Of a DNA stretch of 64,000 nucleotides, positions 19,799 to 29,705 are shown piece after piece; the stretch's first letter is position 1, and each line of letters begins with the position of its first letter. Where the stretch lies: contig JAPYWL010000001.1 in assembly GCA_028276365.1 (NCBI GenBank), forward strand, positions 16,488-80,487, read 5' to 3'. Below the pieces are notes generated by a model. It searched no databases and had not been told where the DNA came from. It saw only the letters and a program-made list of their open reading frames with translations. The translations under genes were made by a program, and so were the position numbers. Source of the DNA: Deltaproteobacteria bacterium (lineage in GTDB: Bacteria > DRYD01).

Positions 19799-20150
19799 TT
19801 TTTTAATTAAAAATATCAAGAAATATCGAGTTTGTATAAAGCAAAGATAAATTGTTAAAAAAAGTACTTATATTAAATTAGAAAGTTATTACTAAAAGAC
19901 TTAGATCTAAAATGATCTAAACTGAAACCTTTAAAGTATGCTCTGGTAGATAGCTGTATCCTTTAGCCTAAAAAATCTATCTTATATTCAAGTAGGAAGA
20001 TCAACACTCTATAAGTTTGAAGAGTTCAATATTTTCGAGTGTTTTTATAATTTTATTTTTGTAATTCATAGAAGGTAGGAATTTTATTTTTATAGAAATT
20101 ATAATTGAAATAAATTAATTTAATAAGGATTATAAAAAAATAGTTTATTT

Positions 20151-21029
20151 ATGAAAGTAAGAAATCCAATAGTAGTTAATAAATTCTATCCTGAAAGCTA
20201 TATGGAATTATTAAATGATATCTCTAAAAGTATTTCAAAGGAAGAAATTTATAGTGATAATTTAGATAATAATATAAATGAAAAGATTTTAGGGTTAGTT
20301 TTGCCACATGCAGGTTATATATATAGCGGTAAAACTGCTTTAAAAGCTCTATTTAAGGCTAAAAATTTTATTAAAAATAATAACATTGATACTTTAATTT
20401 TAATTGGACCTGATCATTATGGATATGGAAAAAATATATCCGTAGATGATAGAAACTATTTAATACCTAAAAATTTAATTTTTCAAACTAATACTGAAAT
20501 TGTTAAAGATATTCAAAATACGAAAGAAATTAAAAAAAATTATATTGAGCTAAATTATGAAGCATTTGATTATGAACATTCTTTAGAGGTTATTTTACCT
20601 TTATTTTATTTTATATTTAATAAAACTTTTAAAATAGTTCCCATTACTATCACTAAGCAAACTCTTAATAATTGTTTAACTTTAGCTAATGTATTATTTA
20701 ATGTATTAAAAGATAGGGAAGATTTTTTAGTTATAGCCTCTTCAGATATGAGTCATTATCTTTCTCATAAACAAGCTATTGCTAAGGATTCAAAAGTATT
20801 TAATTATATTGTTCAAAACGATTCAATTGGATTTTATAGAGCTGTTATTGATAATGAGATAAATTCTTGTGGTTTTGGCTGTATTACTACTTTATTAGAA
20901 TTTAAAAAATTATTTTATTCATATAGAAATATTTATGGTATTGAGAATAAAATAGTAGAATATGAAACTTCAGCACACTATTCAAAAGATTATGATTTTG
21001 TGGTAGGTTATCTTTCTGTTATTGTTTAA
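20151..21029 (+). CDS. MEMO1-family protein (AmmeMemoRadiSam system protein B-like)
   Basis: GLVLPHAGYIYSGKTA, LIGPDHYG and ASSDMSHY motifs. Confidence 0.75.
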   Translation: MKVRNPIVVNKFYPESYMELLNDISKSISKEEIYSDNLDNNINEKILGLVLPHAGYIYSGKTALKALFKAKNFIKNNNIDTLILIGPDHYGYGKNISVDDRNYLIPKNLIFQTNTEIVKDIQNTKEIKKNYIELNYEAFDYEHSLEVILPLFYFIFNKTFKIVPITITKQTLNNCLTLANVLFNVLKDREDFLVIASSDMSHYLSHKQAIAKDSKVFNYIVQNDSIGFYRAVIDNEINSCGFGCITTLLEFKKLFYSYRNIYGIENKIVEYETSAHYSKDYDFVVGYLSVIV

Positions 21030-21159
21030 TTTAAAAAAAATGAAAGAAGTATTAATGTTTATGTAAAGTTTTAAAATTATGTTATTAAATTGGACAAATT
21101 AATTGTATGAAAAACCTAAAATGCAAAGCTTATCTAAAGCATGTTCATTTTTAATAGAA

Positions 21160-21187
21160 AAGGAGGTAAAGTTAAGGAGGTAAAGTT
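21160..21187 (+). repeat. Perfect 14-bp tandem duplication containing the leuD Shine-Dalgarno
   Basis: AAGGAGGTAAAGTT occurs twice (21160-21173 and 21174-21187), followed by T and the ATG at 21189. Confidence 0.9.
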
Positions 21188-21188
21188 T

Positions 21189-21815
21189 ATGATTAATGAT
21201 AGAACATTTTATAGAGGCTTGGTAGCTCCTTTAGATAGATCTGATATAGATACTGATCAAATAATGCCTAAACAATTTTTAAAAAGAGTTGAAAGAACTG
21301 GTTATGGAGAATTCTTGTTTTATGAATGGAGATATAATCCTGATGGTAGTATTAACAAGGATTTTATACTGAATAAAGAAGAATATAAAGGAGCTAGTAT
21401 ATTAGTAACTGGTCCTAATTTTGGGACTGGTTCTTCTAGGGAACATGCGGTTTGGGGATTAATTCAATTTGGGTTTAAAGCTGTTATTTCTCCATCTTTT
21501 GGTGATATTTTCTATTCTAATGCTATTGAAAATAATCTATGGGTTATTAAAGTTAAAGATACTACTAAATTAATTGAAAATGCTAAAAATATTAAAAATT
21601 ACTACCTTAACATAGATTTAGAAAAACGAATAGTTTATGATGATTTTGGTTATTCTTTAGAATTTGAAATTGATCAAGCTTCTAAAACTAAGTTAATTAA
21701 AGGATGGGATAATATAGATTTGGTTTTACAATTTGAAGAAAAAATAAAGGAATATGAAAAAAATAGGCCTAGCTTTTATCCTACTACTGATATAGCTAAA
21801 ATTGTCCTTAAATAA
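21189..21815 (+). CDS. leuD: 3-isopropylmalate dehydratase small subunit (LeuD-type)
   Basis: DIDTDQIMPKQFLK, GPNFGTGSSREHAVWGL. The ATG at 21189 lies 8 nt after GGAGG; the listed 21141 start only reads through the duplicated SD. Confidence 0.85.
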   Translation: MINDRTFYRGLVAPLDRSDIDTDQIMPKQFLKRVERTGYGEFLFYEWRYNPDGSINKDFILNKEEYKGASILVTGPNFGTGSSREHAVWGLIQFGFKAVISPSFGDIFYSNAIENNLWVIKVKDTTKLIENAKNIKNYYLNIDLEKRIVYDDFGYSLEFEIDQASKTKLIKGWDNIDLVLQFEEKIKEYEKNRPSFYPTTDIAKIVLK

Positions 21816-21872
21816 TAATTTTTTTTATATTTTTATAATTAAAAAATTAAAAATAAAGAGGGGTTTAAAATT

Positions 21873-23135
21873 ATGATAACTGAAGTTTATGAAAAGATAA
21901 ATAAAGATTTAAAAGAGATAGATCCTGAGATTTATGATTTAATTGTAAAGGAGATAATAAGACAAGGAGAAGGTATTAATTTAATAGCTTCAGAGAATTA
22001 TGCTTTTAAAGCTGTTTTACAAGCAATGGGAACTCCATTATCTAATAAATATGCAGAAGGATATCCTAAAAAGAGATATTATTCTGGGTGTGAGTATGTT
22101 GATATTATTGAGGAATTAGCTATTAAAAGATTAAAGGAATTATATAAAGCTGAATATTGTAATGTACAGCCGCATTCTGGTGCTCAAGCTAATATGGCTG
22201 TTTATTTTGCTATACTTAGACCTGGAGATACTATTTTAACAATGAGTTTAAATTGTGGAGGACATTTAACCCATGGTAGTCCTGTTAATTTTAGTGGGAT
22301 TATTTATAATGTAGTTCATTATGAAGTATCTAGAGCTAATGAATTAATTGATTATGATATGATAAGAGATTTAGCAATAAAATATAAACCGAGATTAATA
22401 GTAGCTGGAGCTTCTAGTTATCCAAGGGTAATAGATAGTAAGATAATAGCTGAGATTGCTAAAGAAGTAGAAGCGTTTTTTATGTTTGATATGGCACATT
22501 ATTCAGGACTTATTGCTGCAGATTTATATCCTTCTCCTGTTAATCATGCAGATTTTATAACTTCTACTACTCATAAGACTTTAAGAGGGCCAAGAGGAGG
22601 AGTTATTATTGCTAAAAAAGAATATGAAAAGTTAATAAATAAGTGGGTTTTTCCAGGGATACAGGGTGGACCTTTAATGCATGTTATTGCTGCTAAAGCT
22701 GTAGCTTTTAAATTAGCTCAAAGTCCAGAATTTAAAGATTATCAAAGACAAGTTTTAATTAATGCTAAAATCTTAGCAGAAGAATTAAAAAATCAAGGAA
22801 TTAGAATAGTAACAGATGGTACTGATTCTCATATGGTTTTATGTGATTTAAGATCAATTGGATTAACAGGAAAGGAAGCAGAAAATATTTTAAATGAAGT
22901 AGGAATATTTGTTAATAAAAATGTAATCCCTTTTGATCCTCAAGTTCCTGCTGTAACTAGTGGTATAAGATTAGGTACTCCTGCTATTACTACAAGAGGT
23001 TTTAAAGAACAAGAAACTAAGGAATTAGCTAAATTAATAGCATTAGCTTTAAAAGAACCTAATAAAAAAGATTATATTAAATCTAAAGTTATAGAACTAT
23101 CACAAGCTTTCCCAGTTTATAAAATTTATTTATAA
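21873..23135 (+). CDS. glyA: Serine hydroxymethyltransferase
   Basis: [41 protein letters not shown] and the PLP lysine motif [14 protein letters not shown]. Confidence 0.95.
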   Translation: MITEVYEKINKDLKEIDPEIYDLIVKEIIRQGEGINLIASENYAFKAVLQAMGTPLSNKYAEGYPKKRYYSGCEYVDIIEELAIKRLKELYKAEYCNVQPHSGAQANMAVYFAILRPGDTILTMSLNCGGHLTHGSPVNFSGIIYNVVHYEVSRANELIDYDMIRDLAIKYKPRLIVAGASSYPRVIDSKIIAEIAKEVEAFFMFDMAHYSGLIAADLYPSPVNHADFITSTTHKTLRGPRGGVIIAKKEYEKLINKWVFPGIQGGPLMHVIAAKAVAFKLAQSPEFKDYQRQVLINAKILAEELKNQGIRIVTDGTDSHMVLCDLRSIGLTGKEAENILNEVGIFVNKNVIPFDPQVPAVTSGIRLGTPAITTRGFKEQETKELAKLIALALKEPNKKDYIKSKVIELSQAFPVYKIYL

Positions 23136-23151
23136 ATTATTTATATTTTTT

Positions 23152-24558
23152 ATGTTTAAAAATTTAAGATTGATTTTTATTATCTTTTTTTTTATATTGT
23201 TAAGTGTTTTAAGAAGTGGTTATTCTTTAGATTTAACTTCTTATGATTGGGATAAAGTTATAGATTATAAAAGGAATGAATTTGAAAAAAGTTGGAATAA
23301 TTTTTTAGATACAAATTTTTTTGCTTATAACTTAGAGAATTCTAAATTTTATAGTTTCTCTGTTATTTTTAAATATGGATTAAAAGATGAAAATTTAAAT
23401 CTTATTGGAATTAGATTTTTGGTTTTTTATTTAATTAAAGAAATACTTTCTAAAAAAATTAAAAAGGAGGGAATATATTTCAAAGACGAACTAATAGTTA
23501 ATGAAGATTATATAGGATTTAATTATACATTGTTTGATTTAAAGGATGTTAAAGATGTTTATAAAATTTTTAGTAATACCTTTGAAAATTATGATAAAAT
23601 TTATAACGAAATATATAATTTAGATTTGGAAGTTTATAAAAATAAAGTAGAGAAAGAAATAAAAAATTATTATGAATTTTCTATAAATCCAGTTTTGTTT
23701 TTTTTTAAGCAGCAGGTTTTTATAGCACATCCTTATTATTACTTACCTTATGGAAATTATAACAATATTAAAAAAATAACACTGAATGATATAAAAGAAA
23801 TAGATTTTTCTAAGCTAAATAAGTTTTTTATTTTAATAGGTTCTCAAGCTGATAAAGTTTATCAAGATTTATTTAAAAATCAGTATTTATTTAAAAATTA
23901 TAGTAATCATTATAAGGATATTTTTTATTATAATAATTTTAATAATTTCAGGGGATCTTATGATTATAGTAATTATAGGTTTATAGATATAAAAAAAACA
24001 AGGGTTTTAAATTTTTATATTCAATCAAAGAATAGTTATGATATATTTTTATTTTCGGTTCCTTCATTTTATCAAAATTATAAAGAGTATTTAGCCATGT
24101 TGATTATAGATAATTTACTCTGTGATAATTTGGTAGGGGTTTTTTATAAAGACCTAAGAGAAGATAAAGGGATTATATATTCATTGTATTCATTTTATCC
24201 TACTTTATTTTTGACTTCTTATTATTTAATAATTTTTGTAAGTGATTCATCTTCTAGTGAATTTAAGGTATTTTATACTGCTAAAAATATTTTAGAAAAT
24301 ATGGATAAACAAGCGAATATAGATTATGAAATAAATACTGCAAAAGTTAGAATTATTAATAAGATTTATTTAGCTTTTGATAATCCATATACTTTAGCTA
24401 ATAGTTTTGTTTATTCTTTATTATATAAAAATAAATCAATAAGCCCTTTTTATTTAGTGGATAATTTATATTACTTAGATAATCAGTATATTAAGCAAGT
24501 AGCTAAAAAATATTTAAATAATTTTTGGGTATTTAGATTAGAAGGAGATAAGAATTGA
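23152..24558 (+). CDS. Hypothetical secreted protein, possibly an inactive M16 (pitrilysin)-like fold
   Basis: N-terminal signal-like segment (LIFIIFFFILLSVLRSGYS). The length and the GIRFLVFYLI segment, in the position of an HxxEH helix but without the histidines, faintly resemble non-peptidase M16 homologues. Confidence 0.35.
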   Translation: MFKNLRLIFIIFFFILLSVLRSGYSLDLTSYDWDKVIDYKRNEFEKSWNNFLDTNFFAYNLENSKFYSFSVIFKYGLKDENLNLIGIRFLVFYLIKEILSKKIKKEGIYFKDELIVNEDYIGFNYTLFDLKDVKDVYKIFSNTFENYDKIYNEIYNLDLEVYKNKVEKEIKNYYEFSINPVLFFFKQQVFIAHPYYYLPYGNYNNIKKITLNDIKEIDFSKLNKFFILIGSQADKVYQDLFKNQYLFKNYSNHYKDIFYYNNFNNFRGSYDYSNYRFIDIKKTRVLNFYIQSKNSYDIFLFSVPSFYQNYKEYLAMLIIDNLLCDNLVGVFYKDLREDKGIIYSLYSFYPTLFLTSYYLIIFVSDSSSSEFKVFYTAKNILENMDKQANIDYEINTAKVRIINKIYLAFDNPYTLANSFVYSLLYKNKSISPFYLVDNLYYLDNQYIKQVAKKYLNNFWVFRLEGDKN

Positions 24559-24619
24559 ATTTTAAATAAAATTTTTAAACAAGGGATATTTTTATTGAAA
24601 GTAGAATAATATAAAAAGG

Positions 24620-25816
24620 ATGAAAGAGGTAAATATAAATAATTTAAATCAAATAGCAAATAATATTAATAACTTAATTGAGGGCTTAATAAAAAAAAGA
24701 TTATATAATAATACATTTGATAAGTCCAGATTTTTAAGTATAATAAGGAATGGGTTATTAAGTGAAGATAAAAATATAAGGAAAGTTAGTACTAAATTAG
24801 TAAGAAGATTAAAATTAAATGATTTTGTTGATTATATAAGGTTTTTACTTAATGATGATGACCCTACAATAAGAGCAGTAAGTATTTTAGCACTAGCTCA
24901 AATGAGAGACATACAATCGTTTGATAAAATAAAGGAATTGTATTTAAAGGATATAAATGCTGTTAAAATAGCGGCTTTAATGTATTTTGGGGTTATTGAA
25001 ACTAAAGAATCTAAGGAAATACTAATAGATGCTTTAAAAAATGGGAATGAAGAATTAAAAGAAAATGCTTTTCAGGGATTAACTTGGCATACTAAAGATC
25101 AAGATTTTAATTTAATGAAAGAATTTATATTAAAGGAGTTATCTAATCCTAATTTAGCTGCTAAATTTATAAAAAGCTTAACTGTTGTTAATAAAATAGA
25201 GATGATACCTTTTTTAGAGAGTTTAATTTTAAAATCTGATATTCCTGATAATGTTATTTTAAGTGCTATATATGTATTATCTTTAAAAAATATAAATAAG
25301 TATCTATTACTTGCTGAATCTATTTTAATAAAATATTTTAAGGAAATCCAAGATTTATCAAAACATTTGTATTTTTACCAGATAACAGCTGATAATCTAT
25401 GGGAAATAAAAAAAATTCCATTAAATGAACAATATAAAATATCTGAAATTATAAATAATTATTTTACTTATTATAAAGAAAATGAATTAAAATATGTAAT
25501 AAGAACAGTAAGAAATCTAAACCCTATTTTTCATAATCTTATTATAAAAATATTTAATTTAGAAAAATTAAGCATAGATTTAAAAGGAGAGTTAATTAAT
25601 TTTTTAGCTTCTAAGAATATTGATAAAACTTTAAAAGTATTATTATTAGAATTTTTAAATGATGATGATTTATACATAAGAGAATTAACTTTATTTAATT
25701 TGTTATCTAGTAATCATATTAAATCTACATTAGCTTATATAGAGGAATATTTATATAAATACGAAGAATTACATTTAAAATTGATTATATTAGCTATTTT
25801 GTATTTAAATAGTTAA
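24620..25816 (+). CDS. HEAT-repeat protein
   Basis: Repeated LLNDDDPTIRAVSILALAQMRD and LNDDDLYIRELTLFNLL motifs typical of PBS-lyase/HEAT-like repeats. Confidence 0.6.
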   Translation: MKEVNINNLNQIANNINNLIEGLIKKRLYNNTFDKSRFLSIIRNGLLSEDKNIRKVSTKLVRRLKLNDFVDYIRFLLNDDDPTIRAVSILALAQMRDIQSFDKIKELYLKDINAVKIAALMYFGVIETKESKEILIDALKNGNEELKENAFQGLTWHTKDQDFNLMKEFILKELSNPNLAAKFIKSLTVVNKIEMIPFLESLILKSDIPDNVILSAIYVLSLKNINKYLLLAESILIKYFKEIQDLSKHLYFYQITADNLWEIKKIPLNEQYKISEIINNYFTYYKENELKYVIRTVRNLNPIFHNLIIKIFNLEKLSIDLKGELINFLASKNIDKTLKVLLLEFLNDDDLYIRELTLFNLLSSNHIKSTLAYIEEYLYKYEELHLKLIILAILYLNS

Positions 25817-26053
25817 ATAATTTAGTAATTTAATTATATCCTAAAGTTCCGATTGGGCTTGTAAGTGATGATTAAGATATATGGAGGTGTATCATTTTGA
25901 AAGTAAGCTTGTAAAGTAGAGAGGTTTTCTTAGGATACAATTGATTGAATACCTAAAAAGTTATCTCTATATTTTTTAAAGAAGTGAAAGTTTAAGTAAG
26001 TTACAAAAAGGAAGTAGTTTAAGAGGAATATTTTAGATATTTAGGTGGTTTTT

Positions 26054-26740
26054 ATGATAGAATTTCAGGAAGTGAGCTATATATATCCTAATGGCCATAG
26101 GGCATTAAGTAATATAAATTTAGTAATAGAAAAAGGGGAGTTTGTGTTTTTAGTGGGTCATACTGGTGCAGGTAAAACTACTTTATTAAAGTTAATTTAC
26201 AGAGAGATTTTACCTACTACGGGTAAAATCTTTTTTGAAAATCAGGATATATCTTTATTAACCCCTAAGCAAGTTCCTTATTATAGAAGAAGATTAGGTA
26301 TTGTTTTTCAAGATTTTAAATTGCTTAATTATAAAACTGTTTTTTATAATGTTTCTTATCCTTTGGAGGTTACTTTAGTTCCTTTTAATGAGACTATAAG
26401 GAAGGTAATGAAAGTTTTAAAAATAGTGGGATTATTAGAAAAAAGGAATTTTTATCCGGATGAATTATCTGGTGGTGAGCAGCAGCAAGTTTCTATTGCA
26501 AGAGCTATTGTAAATAATCCTTCTTTATTGATAGCAGATGAACCTACAGGGAACTTAGATGAAAAATCGGCTTATAAGGTTATGGATATTTTACAAGAAA
26601 TTAATAATATGGGAACTACTGTTATTGTTTCTACTCATAACCTTGAAATAGTAAAAAAATTAAATAAAAGAGTTATTCAATTAGAAAATGGATACCTTAA
26701 AAACGATACTAAATCATTAACTTACACTTCATTAATATAA
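26054..26740 (+). CDS. ftsE: Cell division ABC transporter ATP-binding protein FtsE
   Basis: MIEFQEVSYIYPNGHRALSNINL..., Walker A GHTGAGKTTLLKLI, YYRRRLGIVFQDFKLL, signature plus Walker B LSGGEQQQVSIARAIVNNPSLLIADEPTGNLD. ATG at 26054 after SD AGGTGG. Confidence 0.85.
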   Translation: MIEFQEVSYIYPNGHRALSNINLVIEKGEFVFLVGHTGAGKTTLLKLIYREILPTTGKIFFENQDISLLTPKQVPYYRRRLGIVFQDFKLLNYKTVFYNVSYPLEVTLVPFNETIRKVMKVLKIVGLLEKRNFYPDELSGGEQQQVSIARAIVNNPSLLIADEPTGNLDEKSAYKVMDILQEINNMGTTVIVSTHNLEIVKKLNKRVIQLENGYLKNDTKSLTYTSLI

Positions 26741-26745
26741 TAAAT

Positions 26746-28743
26746 ATGTTTAGATTTTGTTATTATTTTAAATCTAAAAAAAATCTTACAAAGTTAAACA
26801 ATATAATAAAGTATTTAAAAAATGAGTTGAAAATTGATTATATTGATATTGTTAATTTAAAAAAAATTATAAAAAATATGAAGCTGGATAATTCTAAGTT
26901 TTTTGTTTTTTTTATTGATGATTTAGATGATGATTTACTTTATTATCTAAAAAGCTTAGGTAATATTATTAGTGCTATATTTTTTGTTATTTCAAGAGAT
27001 TCTTCTTTAGATTTAATTCAAAATTTATATACTAAACTCTACACTTCTTTTGATATTAACAAACAAAATATATTAGTGGATATTATAAATTTTGATAATT
27101 TGAATAAAAATGAATTTTATTTTAAATTAAAAATGGTTCTAATTAATTTAGTTAGTTTATTTTTTAATTCTCAATTAGAAATAATGAAGGATCAGGATGT
27201 TTATTTAATAATAAAAAATTTTATAAATAATTTAGCTAAGTGTAGCTTGGTAAAAAAAACTTTTATTTATTCTGTTAATCCTTTTAATAGAGTTTCTAAT
27301 TTATATTTTAATGAAGATTTAGAGTTATCTAAAAAAAATGAAAGGCAAAATATTATAAATATTTTAAAAAATTATTATATTACTTTAAGGAATTCTAAAA
27401 ATAATTTTTTATTTGATAAAAAAGAAAATAGGGTTTTATTTTTATCAAGGATATTTAAAAAAAAAGTAGAATCCGTTTTAATATTAATGTTAGAATTAGA
27501 TAAGGATGATAAATCTTTAAATATTTTTTTAGAAGCTATTGAAAATAATAATAATTTAAGAAATATAGTTGATTTTATAAATGAGAGGTTGTTATTTAAA
27601 TATGATTTAGAGCATTATTCACAGGAAATAAAGACTATATATAATGTTAGTTTATCATTTACTAATTTACATACTGAGGATGAGTTAATGAAATTGATAG
27701 TAAAGAAAGCTAAAAATATATTTAAAGCAGATGTTAGTAGTATTATGCTTTTAAATGAAAATAATGAATTATATATTTATTATTCAGAAGGGTTAAAACC
27801 TGAAGTAATAAAGAATACTAGGCAGAAATTAGGGCAAGGTATTGCTGGAATTGTTGCATTAACAGGGCAATCTTTAATTATCAATGATATAAATACTTAT
27901 TATACTGATATGGATTATGAAAAGGAATTTAGGAGTTCTATTGTAGTTCCTTTGAAGGTTAAAGATAATAAAGTTATTGGGGTTTTAAGTATATCTAAGT
28001 ATAGTCAGTATCCTTTTAGTGAATCGGATATGCTCACTTTGTATAATTTAGCTACTATTGCTGCTGCTACTATTGAGAAAGCTAAACTGTATTCTGAAGT
28101 ACAAAATTACGCTCAAAAATTAGAAGAAACTTATTTAAGTACTGTAGAATCATTAGCTAAAGCTTTTGAGGCTAAGGATAGGTATAATAAAGGACATATG
28201 GAAAGAGTATTAGAATATGGTTTAGCTATTGCTTCTGAATTAGATCCTAATTTATTAAACGATGATGTACTAAAATTATCCTTATTATTTCATGATATTG
28301 GAAAAATAGAGGTACCTGATTATATTTTAAATAAACCAGCTAAATTAACTCCAGAAGAATATGAAATAATAAAAAGGCATCCGGTAGCTGGAGAGGAGAT
28401 ATTAAAACCTGTAAAATTCCTACAAGAGGTAGCTAAAGTTATTAGACAACATCAAGAAAGGTGGGATGGTAAAGGTTATCCTGATGGTTTAAAAGGAGAA
28501 GAAATACATTTGTATGCGAGGATAGTGGCAGTTGCTGATGCCTTTGATGCTATGACTAGTGATAGGAGCTATAGAAAAGCTATGAAAATAGAAGAGGCCG
28601 TAGAAGAAATTCTACGAAATAGTGGGACTCAGTTTGATCCTAAAGTGGTTGAAGCTTTTTATAGAGCTTATGAAAACGGATTAATAGTAGTTGAAAATAC
28701 CTCAGAAAATATTGAAAATAATCAAAAAACTGAAAAAATTTAG
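26746..28743 (+). CDS. Multidomain signalling protein: unknown N-terminal region, GAF domain, HD-GYP domain (putative c-di-GMP phosphodiesterase)
   Basis: GAF-like GQGIAGIVALTGQSLIIND. HD-GYP motifs HMERVLEYG, LLFHDIGKIEVPD, HPVAGEEIL, HQERWDGKGYPDGL, VADAFDAMTSDRSYRKA. No TM segments. Starts 5 nt after the ftsE stop. Confidence 0.8.
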   Translation: MFRFCYYFKSKKNLTKLNNIIKYLKNELKIDYIDIVNLKKIIKNMKLDNSKFFVFFIDDLDDDLLYYLKSLGNIISAIFFVISRDSSLDLIQNLYTKLYTSFDINKQNILVDIINFDNLNKNEFYFKLKMVLINLVSLFFNSQLEIMKDQDVYLIIKNFINNLAKCSLVKKTFIYSVNPFNRVSNLYFNEDLELSKKNERQNIINILKNYYITLRNSKNNFLFDKKENRVLFLSRIFKKKVESVLILMLELDKDDKSLNIFLEAIENNNNLRNIVDFINERLLFKYDLEHYSQEIKTIYNVSLSFTNLHTEDELMKLIVKKAKNIFKADVSSIMLLNENNELYIYYSEGLKPEVIKNTRQKLGQGIAGIVALTGQSLIINDINTYYTDMDYEKEFRSSIVVPLKVKDNKVIGVLSISKYSQYPFSESDMLTLYNLATIAAATIEKAKLYSEVQNYAQKLEETYLSTVESLAKAFEAKDRYNKGHMERVLEYGLAIASELDPNLLNDDVLKLSLLFHDIGKIEVPDYILNKPAKLTPEEYEIIKRHPVAGEEILKPVKFLQEVAKVIRQHQERWDGKGYPDGLKGEEIHLYARIVAVADAFDAMTSDRSYRKAMKIEEAVEEILRNSGTQFDPKVVEAFYRAYENGLIVVENTSENIENNQKTEKI

Positions 28744-28751
28744 TATTTATT

Positions 28752-29693
28752 ATGGAAATTACTTTTGCGTTTCCCCAAATTTTTTTATTAGGCTTTATTC
28801 TAATTCCCGCTGTTATTATTTTTTTAATTGTATATTATTATAACAGAAAAAAAAGTGTTATATTGTTTTCAGAATATAGGACTTTAGAAAAAATAGCTGT
28901 AAGTAAAATATCTTTTAAAAGATTTTTTATAGTATTTTTGGATTTATTAGCAATGTTTATATTATTTTTAGCATTAGGTAGGCCACAAGCACCTGTGACT
29001 TTACCTGCTAGTGGTTATGCTGTAGGTATTATTGTAGATATTTCTGGTAGTATGATGGCTACTGATTTCTGGCCTAGTAGAATTTCTGTTGCTAAAGATG
29101 CTGCAAAAATATTAATCAATAATTTAAAAGGTAATTTTGAGGCGTGTTTAGTTACTTTTAATAACAATGTTTTTGTTAATCAGGCATTAACTAATTCAAA
29201 AGAAGATTTATTATTAGCTTTATCATTAGTTAACGCTAATTATGGAGGTACTGCTATAGGGGATGCTATTATTACTACTTTAGCTATCTTAGAGAATTCT
29301 TCTATGCCTCATAAAGTTATTGTTTTATTAACAGATGGAGAAAACAATGCTGGTATTGATCCCATTATTGCTGCTAAAAAAGCTAAAGATAAGAAAATTC
29401 CCATTTATACTATCGGTTTAGGTACTTCTACAGGTGCTTATATTCCAGGAATACCTTATCCTGTTAGAATAGATGAAGCTACTTTAAAAGAAATTGCTAA
29501 ATTAACTGGTGGAGAATATTATTATGGTAATAATGTAGAAAACTTAAAGAAAGCTTATAAAATTGTATCTGAGAAGGTAGGAAAAATAAAAAAGAACCAG
29601 GATATCTCTTCTGTATTTGCTGGTATAGCTTTTTTTATATTATTAGTAAAATTGATTTTAAATTCACTTTTAATTAGAACTATAGAAGTTTAA
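28752..29693 (+). CDS. BatA-like von Willebrand factor A domain membrane protein
   Basis: N-terminal TM segments, MIDAS motif IVDISGSMMATDF, VIVLLTDGENNAG, IPIYTIGLG, and a C-terminal TM. Confidence 0.75.
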   Translation: MEITFAFPQIFLLGFILIPAVIIFLIVYYYNRKKSVILFSEYRTLEKIAVSKISFKRFFIVFLDLLAMFILFLALGRPQAPVTLPASGYAVGIIVDISGSMMATDFWPSRISVAKDAAKILINNLKGNFEACLVTFNNNVFVNQALTNSKEDLLLALSLVNANYGGTAIGDAIITTLAILENSSMPHKVIVLLTDGENNAGIDPIIAAKKAKDKKIPIYTIGLGTSTGAYIPGIPYPVRIDEATLKEIAKLTGGEYYYGNNVENLKKAYKIVSEKVGKIKKNQDISSVFAGIAFFILLVKLILNSLLIRTIEV

Positions 29694-29705
29694 TAGAATG
29701 GAGGG

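Noticed and set aside
19598-19819. 73-aa ORF on the minus strand.
   Set aside because: It is the antisense translation of the 5S rRNA gene (19680-19798). It has no SD, and its composition is driven by the GC-rich rRNA.
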